Both the position numbers and the translations under genes were made by a program. From the NCBI RefSeq assembly GCF_009914755.1, contig NC_060926.1: a stretch of DNA of 64,000 nt, one strand, 5' to 3'. Positions 26,430 through 42,457 of this stretch are shown here, piece by piece. The notes under the pieces were generated by a model. It was not told where the DNA came from, made no database searches, and saw only the letters and a list, made by a program, of their open reading frames with translations. Each line of letters opens with the position of its first letter. Position 1 is the stretch's first letter. This stretch comes from the human T2T-CHM13v2.0 reference genome, Homo sapiens.

Positions 26430-28660
26430 GTTCAAGGATATCCAGCAGCTCATAGTTGACCAACAAGGAGCGGCCTGGCTTACAGACAGCAGTTGCAAAG
26501 TGAATGGACAATATACTGTTTGGAAAGCTGCTGCTTTGGTCAAAGAAGGTAAAATCTGATCTGCTCAGTGGGCTGAATTGCATGCTGTTTTTCTAAGAGT
26601 AACGGAAGAACTAACAGTGGTGGAAGCCCCTGTGTTTGGGTTTTCACTGACTCACTGGGCAGTGACCAATGGCCTGGCCATATACTCAGGCAAGAGGGCA
26701 GTGGAAACCTGTCCTATCGAAAGGAAACCCATATGGAGCATGGCCCTATGAAGATTTGAGGGGTGCATTAAAGTAGAACCCATCAGTGCCCATCAGAAGA
26801 ACTCTCATCCAGGTTCAGAAGGTGACTGGAATCAACAAACAGATATCTACGGGTGCTCCCTTGAGGAGGCCACCTGAGTCCATGAAATGGGTGGATATGG
26901 GATATGGGGGCACCGCAGCAGTGCAGAGATGGGCTGAACCTAGATACGTTCCTCTTGCACCCTCCTTGGGCACATAATGCCAAAACTGTACTGCTTGTCA
27001 ATGAGAGAGACAGAGACTGCCGATGGCTATGGGGCAGATTCTCTGTGGGGAAAGAAGGCCCTGAACACAGCTGATGAGTGGGACTGATGCTGGCAGCCCG
27101 GGGAGCTACAAATAGGTCTTGACGGGAATAGACACTGACTCTGGACTGGGCTTTGTTTACCCTGCGGAAGATGAAAATGCTCGGAGTGCCATAACAAAAA
27201 CAAAAAACAAGAAACAGAAGATATTACATGGATTTGGATGGTTATCATTTCTTCAGACCAATGAACACACTATACAGCCCATAATGTCCAACAATGGGTA
27301 GAGATATCCTCCTCAGAGTGATAGTTTGATAGAGAAATAGGACAGGTAACTGAAACAATGGTTGCCTGAAATAAGGAGACGGCAGGCAGGGCTGGTTTAC
27401 CTGGTTTCGCAGCTGTGTGCTCACACTGCATATGAATGGGATTAAAGGGGTGTCCCCCTTAGATATTTTTTTCCTCTGGCTGATCTTGGGGAGAGGGGAT
27501 AGCGAGAATGCTGGTATGATTAAGCAATTCTTGCCAAGGTAGAGAGTGCACTGGTAATAACAACTATAATTTTTTCTTTCTTTCCCAAGTTACCCCTCAA
27601 ATAATTCTTTTTTCTCCACTACCTGATACAATGGTCCTTGTACTAGGGCCACAACTGCAAGTACTGGAAGCAGGGATGATTTCTAAACCGAAAACTGTAA
27701 CTGTGTTTTTCAACCTTATGTCAGAATTCCTAAGGACCTAATGGGGGTAGGTTATGCTTTGACCCCCACTGGCAAAACTGGGGCTAAGAGTGAATACGGC
27801 TCTATTGCCTGGGTGGTAAAAATGGTTCACTAGTTCAGAGCCTATGTAACCTTACCCTACACGAATGGGTATAGACTGAGGAGAGGCCCTTGCTAGACTA
27901 GCATTGTTACCAGCAGTCTGGACCAGCAGAGTGGCCAAACCTAATGTCCCTTCCAGAGGTGGAAAAGTTGAGTAAAAATAAATGACAAATGGAAAAAGGA
28001 GAAATAGTAGCTGAGGGTAAAGGAATAAATAAATAGGATGCACTATCATCTCGAAAGAGTCTCAGAGCAAGAGACGACATTGTCTCAGCTCAATTATAAC
28101 AGATGCCTTAAAGGGTACAATACATGTTTGCCAAAGACCACTCCTGCTTTTGGAACCCAATGAGATAAAAAGGAAGCCTGCAAACCCAATGGCCACAGCC
28201 TGGGAGACATTCATGCAGTATGACGGACTGGACTGATAACTAATGACTGAATAGGATTCTAGTAATGTGGGGGTATCTTTTGAGTTATACATACTTTTTT
28301 GTTGCTTGTTTGCTTGTTTGTTTTGAGACAGCATCTCACTCTGTCACCTGGGTTGAATATAGTAGCACTACCTCAGCTCACTGCAACCTCTGCCTCCTGG
28401 GTTCAAGTGATCCTCCCACTTCAGCCTCCTGAGTAGCTGGTACTACAGATGCACACCAACATGCCCAGCTAATTTTTGAGGTTTTTTTGTAGAGATGGAG
28501 TTTTGCCATGTTGCCCAGGCTGGTCTGAAACTCCTGGGCTCAAGTGATCTGCCCACCTTGGCCTCCCAAAGTGCTGGGATTACAGGCGTGAACTACCGTG
28601 CCCAGCTGAGTTGTGTATTCTTTTGATGTAACTGATCTGTGTTTGAAAACCAGGAGATGG
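26430..28660 (+). mobile_element. ERVL-class endogenous retrovirus internal remnant (RNase H and integrase; possibly MER21-int)
   Basis: Degenerate translations AWLTDSS, SAQWAELHAVFL, FTDS (RNase H), NCTACQ (integrase zinc finger) and LTGIDTDSGLGFVYP (integrase core); frameshifted. Confidence 0.8.
28295..28606 (-). mobile_element. AluJ
   Basis: Antisense Alu with ctcctgggctcaagtgatc, inserted in the ERVL remnant. Confidence 0.9.
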
Positions 28661-28763
28661 CCTGTGGTGACGTGTGTATGTGCATGCACACATGAGTGTA
28701 CACACACCCAGTCACATATATATGTCGATGCCCTGTGTATCTCTTCATCTATACCCTTTGTAA

Positions 28764-29096
<333 letters not shown>

Positions 29097-29399
29097 TAGA
29101 ATAAAGTGATGAACAACAATAAAAGATGTTCAGAACTAAACTCATTAGTGAACTCCCTTTTAAACATCAGCCCCCTTTTTTTACACAAAATTGCCTAATA
29201 TTTATTTTATTATAAAGAGATCTTTTGACATGGAAATGCTGAAGGGATTACATTGTCTTAAACCATGCATTTGTGACAGGAAATTACTCAGCACACCACA
29301 TAGTTGCAAACACAGAAAAACATTATAGTAAGATGTTCAATAATCCTGCAGAAGGACCTGGGTTCAAATCCCAGCCCCAACAGCTACTGGTGCTTGCAC

Positions 29400-29737
29400 C
29401 TGGCATGGCATGGACAAGACGTGTTCCCCATGTTGTTTCCTCTTCCTAGTCAGTGACTTTAGGGAATAACAACTAAATTCTGGCAAATGGCATGTGGTGG
29501 AAGGGATAGCAGATGCTACTAGGCACTGCCCTAAGAACATTGCATAGGACCCTCCAGCTGTCCCTTTGCCTTCAGCAGTACTGTGAAGGCCACCTCTTGA
29601 GGATGATATGTTCATAACATGAAGGGACCTGGATCCCTGAGTCACCACCTGAAGGCTAAGTGCCCCCATCAGACTATGACACAAGCAAAAATTAACCTTG
29701 GCTTGGAAGCCACTGAGGCTTGAGGATTATGTGTTGC

Positions 29738-29741
<4 letters not shown>
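29400..29741 (+). mobile_element. Old MaLR LTR (MLT1H-J like)
   Basis: cctggatccctgagtcaccac...aagccactgaggcttgaggattatgtgttgctgcag. Confidence 0.6.

Positions 29742-29797
<56 letters not shown>
29742..29797. repeat. Perfect (GT)28 microsatellite
   Basis: Uninterrupted 56-nt GT run. Confidence 0.97.
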
Positions 29798-29798
<1 letters not shown>

Positions 29799-30672
29799 GG
29801 CTACAATAAAAAAGCAGCACTAGAAGCTAAGCTAAAAGAGAGAGAGAGAAACCTATGGGAATGGGGGTTCCTGCAGGGAATCGGAACTGGCAAAGAAGAA
29901 ACCTTCTTAAGGAAACTCAAGAACAAGTTATCAGATAGATGAGCAAAGAGGGAGTTATGATGCCAAGGTAACATTACTAAATCTCTTCTACCCCTGATCA
30001 GGATTTGTGCTAAAGCATAAAAAAGAGTAGAGCCGGGGGGGTCCCCTGGACCCATCTCTGTGAAAATGCAATGAAGAAAAGTAGCTGGGAGTCAGAGAGA
30101 CCCTGACAGAGGCAGGGGTGACCTTTGGGCAAAGTGGAAGGTGAGACAGATGACAGGAGAGCTACAGATTCAAGGAGAGCAGAAATGAATTATTTTAAAT
30201 TGCTACTATGGTTCTACGGCTGCCTTAAATTATATTAAACAAGAAAGACCTTTCACATGGAGGGATTTTTCTCACACATGGAAAACTAACTCTAAGCAAA
30301 TTATACACGTTTCAAGAACCTCAGAAAATAAAACAATATGATGTAAATGTCAATGTAAAAAGATATTATTTTTGAAACTTGTTTAGACTGTGACCAATGC
30401 ACAAAGGCACCTATATCTAATTTCATATTATTTCATGAAAATGGGAGCTTTCAATCTGCAATATTCAGAAAATGGTAGAACTATTATCAGAAAGCAGCTT
30501 ACTTAAACCATAATTTGCTATTATTTACAAGTGTGGGGCTATAAAATAGCTTTGTTGTTTTAATAGAAGACATAACAGATGACTGTTTCGTGAATCAAGA
30601 TCAATTTGCCATCTCCTGGGTTCCAGCACAATTCTGATGAATTTACCAGCAACCACCAAACTGTTTCGGGGT

Positions 30673-31034
30673 TGTATTAGTCTGTTCTCATGCTGCTATG
30701 AAGAAATACCCAAAACTGGGTAATTTATAAAGGAAAGAGGTTTAATTGACTCACAGTTCCACAGGGCTGGGGGGGGCCTCAAGAAACTTACAATCATGGA
30801 GGAAGAGTAAGCAAACATGTCCTTCTTTACATGCTGGCAGGAAAGAGAAGAATGAGAACTGAGCAAAACCATTATAAAACCATCAAATCTTGTAATGAAT
30901 TACTATCACAAGGACAACATGGGGGAAACTGCCCCCATGAGTTAATTATCTCCACCTCATCCCACCCTTGACACATGGGGATTATTACAATTCAAGGGGA
31001 GATGTGGGTAGGGACACAGAGCCAAACCATACCA
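30673..31034 (-). mobile_element. THE1 (B/C) solo LTR
   Basis: tgtattagtctgttctcatgctgct...gggacacagagccaaaccatacca; 5-bp TSD ggggt/ggagt. Confidence 0.93.
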
Positions 31035-31090
31035 GGAGTCTAAGTACAATTATCAAAGTTCATATATTTGTAATGCAAAAATGCTATGGC

Positions 31091-31413
31091 CTTTTTTTTT
31101 CTTTTTTTTTTTTATTATACTTTAAGTTCTAGGGTACATGTGCACAATGTGCAGGTTAGTTACATATGTGTACATGTGCCATGTTGGTGTGCTGTACCCA
31201 GTAACTCATCATTTACATTAGGTATATCTCCTAATGCTATCCCTCCCCCCTCCCCCTACCCCACCACAGGCCCCGGTGTGTGATGTTCCCCTCCTGTGTC
31301 CAAGTGTTCTCACTGTTCACTTCCCACCTATGAGTGAGAACATGCGGTGTTTGGTTTTCTGTCCTTGTGATAGTTTGCTGAGAATGATGGTTTCCAGCTT
31401 CATCCATGTCCCT
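31091..31413 (-). mobile_element. L1PA (about PA4-5) 3' end
   Basis: T tail, then tattatactttaagttctagggtacatgtgcac...; TSD atgctatgg (31081-31089 / 31414-31422). Confidence 0.93.
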
Positions 31414-31452
31414 ATGCTATGGTCCTGATGTCAACTGAAAGTCAAAGTATTA

Positions 31453-31876
31453 CAATCATGCATTGCGTAATGATGGGGATATGTTTTAAGAAACGTGTTG
31501 TTAGGTGATTTCGTCATTATGCTAATGTCATGGAATTTACTTACACAAACCTAGATGATATAGCCTACTACACACCTAGGCTATACAGGATAGCCTATTG
31601 CTCCTAGGCTACAAATCTGTACAGCATGTTATTGTACTGAATACTGTAGGCAACTGCAACACAATGATAAGTATATTTGTGTCTAAACATAACTAAACAT
31701 AGAAAAGTTACTATTAAAACACAGTATTGTAATCTTATGGCACATCATTGTTTACGCATGTCTAAATATATCTAAACATAGAAAAGTTACCATCAAAATA
31801 CAGCATTGTAATCTTATGGCACACCACTGTTTATGCGGTCCATCACTGACTGTCAGTATGTGGTCCGTCATGACTA
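31453..31876 (+). mobile_element. Tigger3a/MER7-like TcMar DNA transposon with an internal tandem duplication
   Basis: TA-flanked caatcatgc...cttacacaaacctagatg...tagcctactacacacctaggcta...catgact. Confidence 0.85.
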
Positions 31877-32269
31877 TACTTCTATTATTGTTACTGTTGT
31901 ACATGTACATGTACATGACTATACTTCTATTATTGTTACTGTTGTTAGTAGAAGGCCCAAGGAGATTCCTATATGCCTACATGTGCTATAATGTGCTATT
32001 AGCATTGGAGACATTAAATCACCTTAGATGGTAACAGTAAAATTCTTTTTCCCATTAACAAGCAAAAATAATTAATTACGTTTCTGGAAATTTCAAATCA
32101 ATGGTTTAACCATGACAGTGCAGAAATGCTGAGAAGATAATAGGCACAATTTAAAATACACAGCTATTTAGTTATTCCGAATTCTGTCTGTAGCTTTGAA
32201 GAAATAGGGACACGTTATAAAGTATCATATACTATGTATTTATAGAAATGGTGTATTTCTGAAGATTAA

Positions 32270-33180
32270 AAATAAAATTATAACATAGGAAATTGGATCT
32301 CTATTTCATACTATATATATGTAAATCAAATTCATATTGATTAAAGACTTTGGTATAAAACAAAATTTTTAAATGTTTAGTGGAAAACAAGGTTAATATC
32401 CTTTAGATCTTCATGCAGGGAAACATTTTCTTAAATTGGACATAAATGTATTAACCAGAAAAGTAAAGTTTGAGAAATATAATGTCTATTCCTCAAAAGA
32501 GCCCTTGAAGTCAAAAGACAAGTTACAAACTTGAAGAACATATTTACAATTTGTATAACAAATTATTAGTATCAAAAATAAAGAATTCTAACAAATCAAC
32601 AAGAAGAGTGTGCACACACACACAGATAATGGCACATAAACATATGAAGAGGAGTTCAGCATGATTAGTGTTCAGCAGACTACAGAGGCCATAATGAGAC
32701 TCCTTTTTATACCTATCCAGTGGGCAGACATTAAGAACTCTGACACTACCAAATGCTGAAGAAGATGTGAGTCTACAAACTCACTTGTATACTGCACATG
32801 TGAGTAGATATTAGTGCAACACTTGGGAAAAACAGTTTGATATGACCTCCTATAATTGGTCAATTACATATTTTATGTTCCACAATTTTACTTCTAGGTA
32901 TATACCTTAAAAACCTCCAGCACATACACAACAGAAGACATACAAGAATGCATATCTGTGCCTGTTCATAGAATGGAATTTTATATGGCAGTCAAGAACT
33001 CCAACACTATGGATGTCTTAGTAATAACAGTATTAAGTGAAAAAGTAAGTGCCAGAGAATTGCATGCATGATACCATAACATGAATCATGCATGATACCA
33101 TTTTTATAAATTTTAAAAGAATTAAAAATAAATGTTTCTATAAAAACATGTAAATATTAAAATGATTAAAAAGGAAAACA
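32270..33180 (+). mobile_element. Old L1M (MC/ME) 3' fragment
   Basis: Degenerate ORF2 end and 3' UTR (ttggatctctatttcatac..., cttctaggtatatacc...). Confidence 0.6.
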
Positions 33181-33539
<359 letters not shown>

Positions 33540-33964
33540 TTATCTCTGGAGAGAAAGGAGAGGTGAAGGGATGAACAAAGGAGGAGCCTATAAGGTTAGT
33601 TGTCAGAAACAACTTCTGTTTTTGGTGGTGGTTTCACTGGTGCTTAGCAAATATGTAAAAATAGGCTATGCGTGAACAAGATCGGAGAGTGCCACAGACC
33701 GGGTGTTATCATCAATTCAATTCTGTGCACATAAAATCCTTTAAAAAAAGATGAATCCCCTTTGAGAACAAACCTAGATAAAAAATATCAAACTGAAATC
33801 ATGTCAGTCCAAATATATCGAAAACCTCCACCAGCCAGCTCTGATTGAGACTATTTGTAAAAGGATCTTTATTTAACATTACTTCCAAAAGAGATATTGC
33901 AACCATCTAAAAGATTCATCAATAGAGGAATAGCTTAAAACATCTGTCTACATTTATACTCTTT

Positions 33965-35380
<1,416 letters not shown>

Positions 35381-36566
35381 TAACTGTTCAAATGAATGAG
35401 GTCACTCCATATAAACTGACTTGGTATGATGTCTGTGATCCACTGCCAAATGCATACTGAAAAAAGGCAAGTTATAGAACAATATGTATCATATCACTTT
35501 TTAAAAACATGTAGAAAAATACTTAATCATCTGGCCTGCAAGAGAAATACACACACTCTGACCTACACACAGACACACACACACAATGAAAGAATATACG
35601 AAATATTAACCTATCCCTATGATTTGATAAAGTTTAGGTGGGAATAGATAAGTAAATGAATTTCACTTTTATAAATTTCTGCTTTGCTGACTGTCTTGTT
35701 TCTTACAATGAGTACTTAATAACCCCCATGCCCACTTCATTCCATCCCTTTTTCACCCCCAACTCCTACCTTATCCTGAATCCCCACCCAGTGGCAGAAG
35801 CTGGCAAGAGAATGGGATGGAAAGAGAAAAGATGATGTCAGTTTTGCACATTATTTTATAACAAAATAAGAACAACTTGGTGTTTGCTTTTAAGATGCAT
35901 CAAAATAGCTGTGTCAAAACATTCCCTGGTAAAATGCCATTCCTGCTCCTGAAGGGTTTGTAACCAAGTTGGCTGAGCAGTAAGTCAATTAAGATGATTG
36001 TCAGAGCATGAAGTCTACAGCAACACTGTCCACTGCACTCTCCCTAGAGGCCCTCAATGTGCTCTGAGGATTTCCAAGTCTCATGTAACACCCAAGAACA
36101 CACCACACTAACCAAGAAATGTTAAAAACTTCCCATTGTGGAGAACAAGGTAGCAGGAATTTGAACTAATGAACATACATGAACAAAAGGAAATTAATAT
36201 AAACAAGAAGATTAGGTGGCTTTTGTGGTTTATCCTGGGTTTTTCTTCAGTTACTTAATATAATCACCCTGCACAGTGCCAGCCCACACTCAGTACATAC
36301 TTGTGGAATTGTTTTTAACATGTCCAAGCCTCTATTGGGCTGAGAATATTATTTTCCCTGAACAAAAATGGGGTAATGCTGAAACAGAAGCATTCTAATG
36401 TCAGAAAGCCAAGAGACATATTGCGTAGCCCCATGTGAACTTTCTTCTTCCATTCCCTGATTACATAAAGCATAGACTGATAGCATCAAATGAGATCTTG
36501 AAGCTGCCTTGTTCAACAGCTGGGCACAGCATTGTTTAACCATGCTTGACTAAGAAGTGTATGCTG

Positions 36567-37296
<730 letters not shown>

Positions 37297-37355
37297 AAGA
37301 GGTGCATGCTGTACAGACATACACCTAATAACTGAACCATGAGTATGTGTCGTAC

Positions 37356-37509
37356 CAGGAAGGCAAACACAGGTGAAATTGCTCCCATCTTGCTTTTCAT
37401 TTGCATCAATACAGCTCGCGTTGTTTTGGCAAGGTTTCCTCTGGCAAGCATCGTATTCTTCACAGAAAGTACCCACGTACTGCTCCTCACAGGTACAGGA
37501 AAAAGTTGC
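37356..37509 (-). CDS. DNER: DNER internal coding exon (154 nt, phase 0 to phase 1; probably exon 6), EGF-like repeats
   Basis: Minus strand reads tttttttgtgttttag|GCAACTTTTTCC...TGCCTTCCTG|gtacga. Translation ATFSCTCEEQYVGTFCEEYDACQRKPCQNNASCIDANEKQDGSNFTCVCLP(G) has EGF cysteine spacing and matches my recall of human DNER. Exon number is from memory. Confidence 0.96.
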
Positions 37510-40169
37510 CTAAAACACAAAAAAAGCACAGTGTCTATTACCTGGCACCTCTCAACAGTGTGCTTTGGCTGTGAGACTCAAAGTTTGAAAGAACCACTTC
37601 CTTTTTATAATCAGCAATTTAATCAAATCACTTATGTCATAATCTAGTTGAAATCATCGCTTTAAGACAAACAGTAGTTTCTTTACAGTCTAATCTCAAA
37701 CACGTTTTTCTATTCTTTGTTCATATTTATCCCCGTCATTTTCGATCTTCCTAAAATAGAAATGAAATGAACTTGTTTGAAGCTAAAATTGAAGTTTTGC
37801 TGGCCAGACATGGAAATGGCAATTTTGCTAGAGCAGATAGTTTAATGCTACAGCCATTAAACTAGATGTCACTCCAACCAACTAAAACCTTCAACAGAGA
37901 TAGCACTTGCAACAAAGATGTCATCAAATGTCCAACCCAGACCGTCCTTTCAGAACACTGAGAAAATGCACTGAATCACTCCTTCAACTGGCCTCAATGT
38001 ACAGCCATGCAGATTACCTGAGTGCAAGGGAAAATAAAAGGAGTATAATTCAAGTAACCATTTTGTATCGCTTATGATATTAACATTATCTTAGTAAAAG
38101 ACCATAACTCAGACACAGAGAATGGAATTTGACTTGAAGCTTCATTTCTGAGATAGGTGCAAAATACAAACAAAACTGGGTTTCTGTCCCCTTCTTAATG
38201 ACAGCCTAGGGGTACGGGCATGTCTGAAATAAACCACAAATCTGTCCCCAAAGCCTACACAAAGCAATATAGATCATTACAGAAGATTTTTATGAGGAAG
38301 AGAGGAGGAGAGGCAAAGGAGAATGACATTAACAGATCTTACTACTTAAGAAAATCTAAACAAAACAGACAAAAGCCCCTTGCCCAGCTCATCTCCAAGC
38401 CTGGCACATGGGGCAGATGTTCAATCTCTACCATTCCCCAGCCATTATCCCCTCACCCTCCCTCCCTCTCCCTGTCCTCAGCCTCCCGCTGCTAATCTTA
38501 GAAAGAGACTCTCTCCTCTTCTCCAAGCACTGTCAACTCAGGATCTCCACCCAGTACCCCCATAAGTACAACCCACTGCCTGCCTTCCCCTTGAAGAGAA
38601 AAGGGTTATCCATTCTTCTCTTTAGTACATTTTTGTCTCTCAATCAAGTTTCATAATTCCTGCACATTTCTTGATAAATTTACTCCTGAATATTTATGTT
38701 TTTGTAGCTATTGATAATGAAATATCTTCTTCATCCTATTCTTGTTAATACCAATGATACTTGCTAGTAATTATTACACAGGAATAAAATACTAGGGTTT
38801 TGTTTCCAGTTATCACACTGAGCTTTTAGTACACGTCAGAGTTTTTAGTTGATTTCCAGGCTTTCTACATGACACAAAACAAGATGATAATAATAAGTCC
38901 ATAACAATTGCAAATAGTAATAATGTCATCTTTTCTTCTCCAGTTCTCAAGGTTACATTGGCAGCTCTTCCGGAATAATTTTGGCCTCAGAGGGATGCTT
39001 GTAGAATTTACCACTAAGCAGATTGTTGGAATGACTGTGAAATTTTATCAAATGCCATTTTAGCTCCTACAGGAATCATCTATTGTTTTCATCTGTGACC
39101 TATTATGACATGAATTCAATATCCAGATTTCCTAGTACTGATTCAACCTTATGCTCCTGGAAGGAACATCCACTTAAGTCATTATACAAAATGGTTTTAA
39201 TATGGCTGGCTTCTATTAGTAGTCATACTTCTAGCGCCTTCCATTTCACTCTCCCTCCACCCTCTTTCCCCAACAGATTTCTTTTCTAAGAAAAAGCTGT
39301 CCCTTGCACATGAGATCATGTTTTACACTGCATAGGAGGATGCCCCTCACAACAACTGACTGAACAAGAAGTGTGCAGACCCCTCACAAACCAACCAAGA
39401 GGCCAGACAACAGGATATGACATTTAGCTCGACCAAACTGCCAAATTGTATATGGGTGTCTTTCTTCTGTTAACAGAATACGGTTTTTTGCTAAGGGAAT
39501 ACAACAGGTCCTTGTAATCTGCATAATCAAGTCTCCTTTAGTTTAATAATACATTCTTCAATGATATCTTAGAAGCTAAAACAATTATAATTTTTTTAAA
39601 AAAAATCCTTTCTTCTTAAGCTGGAGCTATATTTTCTGCCTTCTATTTCTATCACCTCTCACTTCTTTGTGGTAAATGGAAATTCCCTCTTCATTCTAGC
39701 AATAAAATGAGGATCTATCTGTTTTTTCATCATGTTTTGAGTTTTTTCCTTTTGTATTTGTAGCTGGAAGCTAAGAGAAGCTGTCAGAAAGGTATTTTTT
39801 TAAAACAGGAAACTCCTTTTTTTAGAACTGTCTTCTAAGGACAATCTTGTCCTTGCTCAAATGCATAACAGAGTACACATCTGATATGTGCATGAGTCCT
39901 GTTTGGAGCTCTCTGTGCATTGGAAGATTTGTGGCCACCTTTGAAATGTAAATGCTGTGCACGCCCAGTGCATACAATCCCAAAGCAGGCCTCCAAATCA
40001 TGATAAATTACTATATGTCATTGGTCTTGGCAGCTGTCTTCTAAAATTTACTTGGTTTGTATCCAGACATTCCATATTGCGGATAAATTTGCTTGGTTAT
40101 TTGACGGATACATTTAGCATGTAATTCATCTAGTGCATTCCATGGAAAATATGCTGCTTATGGAAATAA

Positions 40170-40573
<404 letters not shown>

Positions 40574-41211
40574 TTATTGCAAGCAGGAACCTTGAAAGAA
40601 ACCTGAAGAAACTGTTGAAACAATTGCTTTTGATAAAGTAGAACACAAAATTGATTCTTAAATTTTCATTGAGAGATGAGGAAGGAGGTTAACAAATGTT
40701 TAACATATTCATGACCATAAAATTTTAGTTAAATATTTGTATATTCTCTATCATATCATCTATAAAGTTAGATTACTCCCTGTCTATTTTCTAAGAACAA
40801 AGAGCTTTCCTATAATATTAAAAAGTTTGTTTTGATAGTTTTAAGACTGCTGACTTGTAAGAGATCATGAATGTTTATTATAGGAAACTATGTTCGCACA
40901 TCTTTTGTGAAAAACCATGTTTGACCACTGAAGTTTAACTCATTGCCTGTGATATCACTAATCACTAATCTAACTCCAATTAACTCCACCAGCATAAGGG
41001 ACAAAATAAACTTACTTAAAATTAGCAGCTTAGCTAAATTACAGAAAGATACTTCCTTGTAAAAGTATTGTATAAGTACACGGAAATGTACTTTTCAAGT
41101 AAAATGAACAGTGACCCTCAGAGATTAATTTAAAAACCCAATAAAGAATCTCAATTTTCCTCAACAGCTTGAAGTCAAATATGCCATTTGTACATTAATG
41201 AAACTTTCTCA

Positions 41212-41712
<501 letters not shown>

Positions 41713-41754
41713 TTAATAAAAGGAAACTTCTAGGTTAGAAAAAAAATCACACAT

Positions 41755-42240
41755 GCATTCACTTATTTGTCCTTTCAACCAATGTGTATTAAGCATATAC
41801 TATGTGCCAGGCACTGTTCTAGGAGCTGAGGGTCACAGAAGTGAACAAGACCCTCTCCTGGGGTTTATATTCTAGTAGCGTTGACTGACAATGAATAAAA
41901 TGAATGAGAAAGTGGTATAGTAAATTAAGTTATAAATGGCATGGGGAAAAACGGAGACAGGGAATAGAAGTGGAAGGGCTGTTATGAAGAACACAATTTA
42001 AAACCGGATGTACTGAGAAAGTGAAAACAGGGCCAGGACTTGCTGGAGGTGCAGAGTGGCCATGGAGGCATCCGAGGAAAGGTATTCCAGGTGAGGGGAA
42101 CAGCCAGTACAAAGACTTCAAGGTGGACCATGCCTCACATGTTCAGGAAAGATCCAGAAACCAGTGTCGCTAGAGTATAGCAAATAACAGAGAGAACACT
42201 GTAACGTGAGAGGTCACTGGGCGTGCCGTCAAATCCCGTG
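41755..42240 (-). repeat. L2 3' fragment
   Basis: cattcacttatttg...tactatgtgccaggcactgttctagg...ggtattccaggtgaggggaacagccagtacaaag. Confidence 0.75.
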
Positions 42241-42244
42241 GGAT

Positions 42245-42457
42245 GGTGGTTTTCATGTAGGGACCATATTACCTCCCAGAAGACATTTGGCAATGTCTGG
42301 ACATACTTTTTGGTTGTCACAGCCGAGGGCTTGCTACTAGCCTCTGGCGGATAGAGTTCAAGGATGCTGCTAAACACCTTACAACGAACACGGCAGGTCC
42401 CACAGCAAGAAACTATCCAGTCCCAAATGTCAGTGGTGCTGAGCTTGAGAAACCCTG
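42245..42457 (+). mobile_element. MER20
   Basis: gacatttggcaatgtctggacatactttttggttgtcaca...gatgctgctaaacaccttaca...ttgagaaaccctg. Confidence 0.85.
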
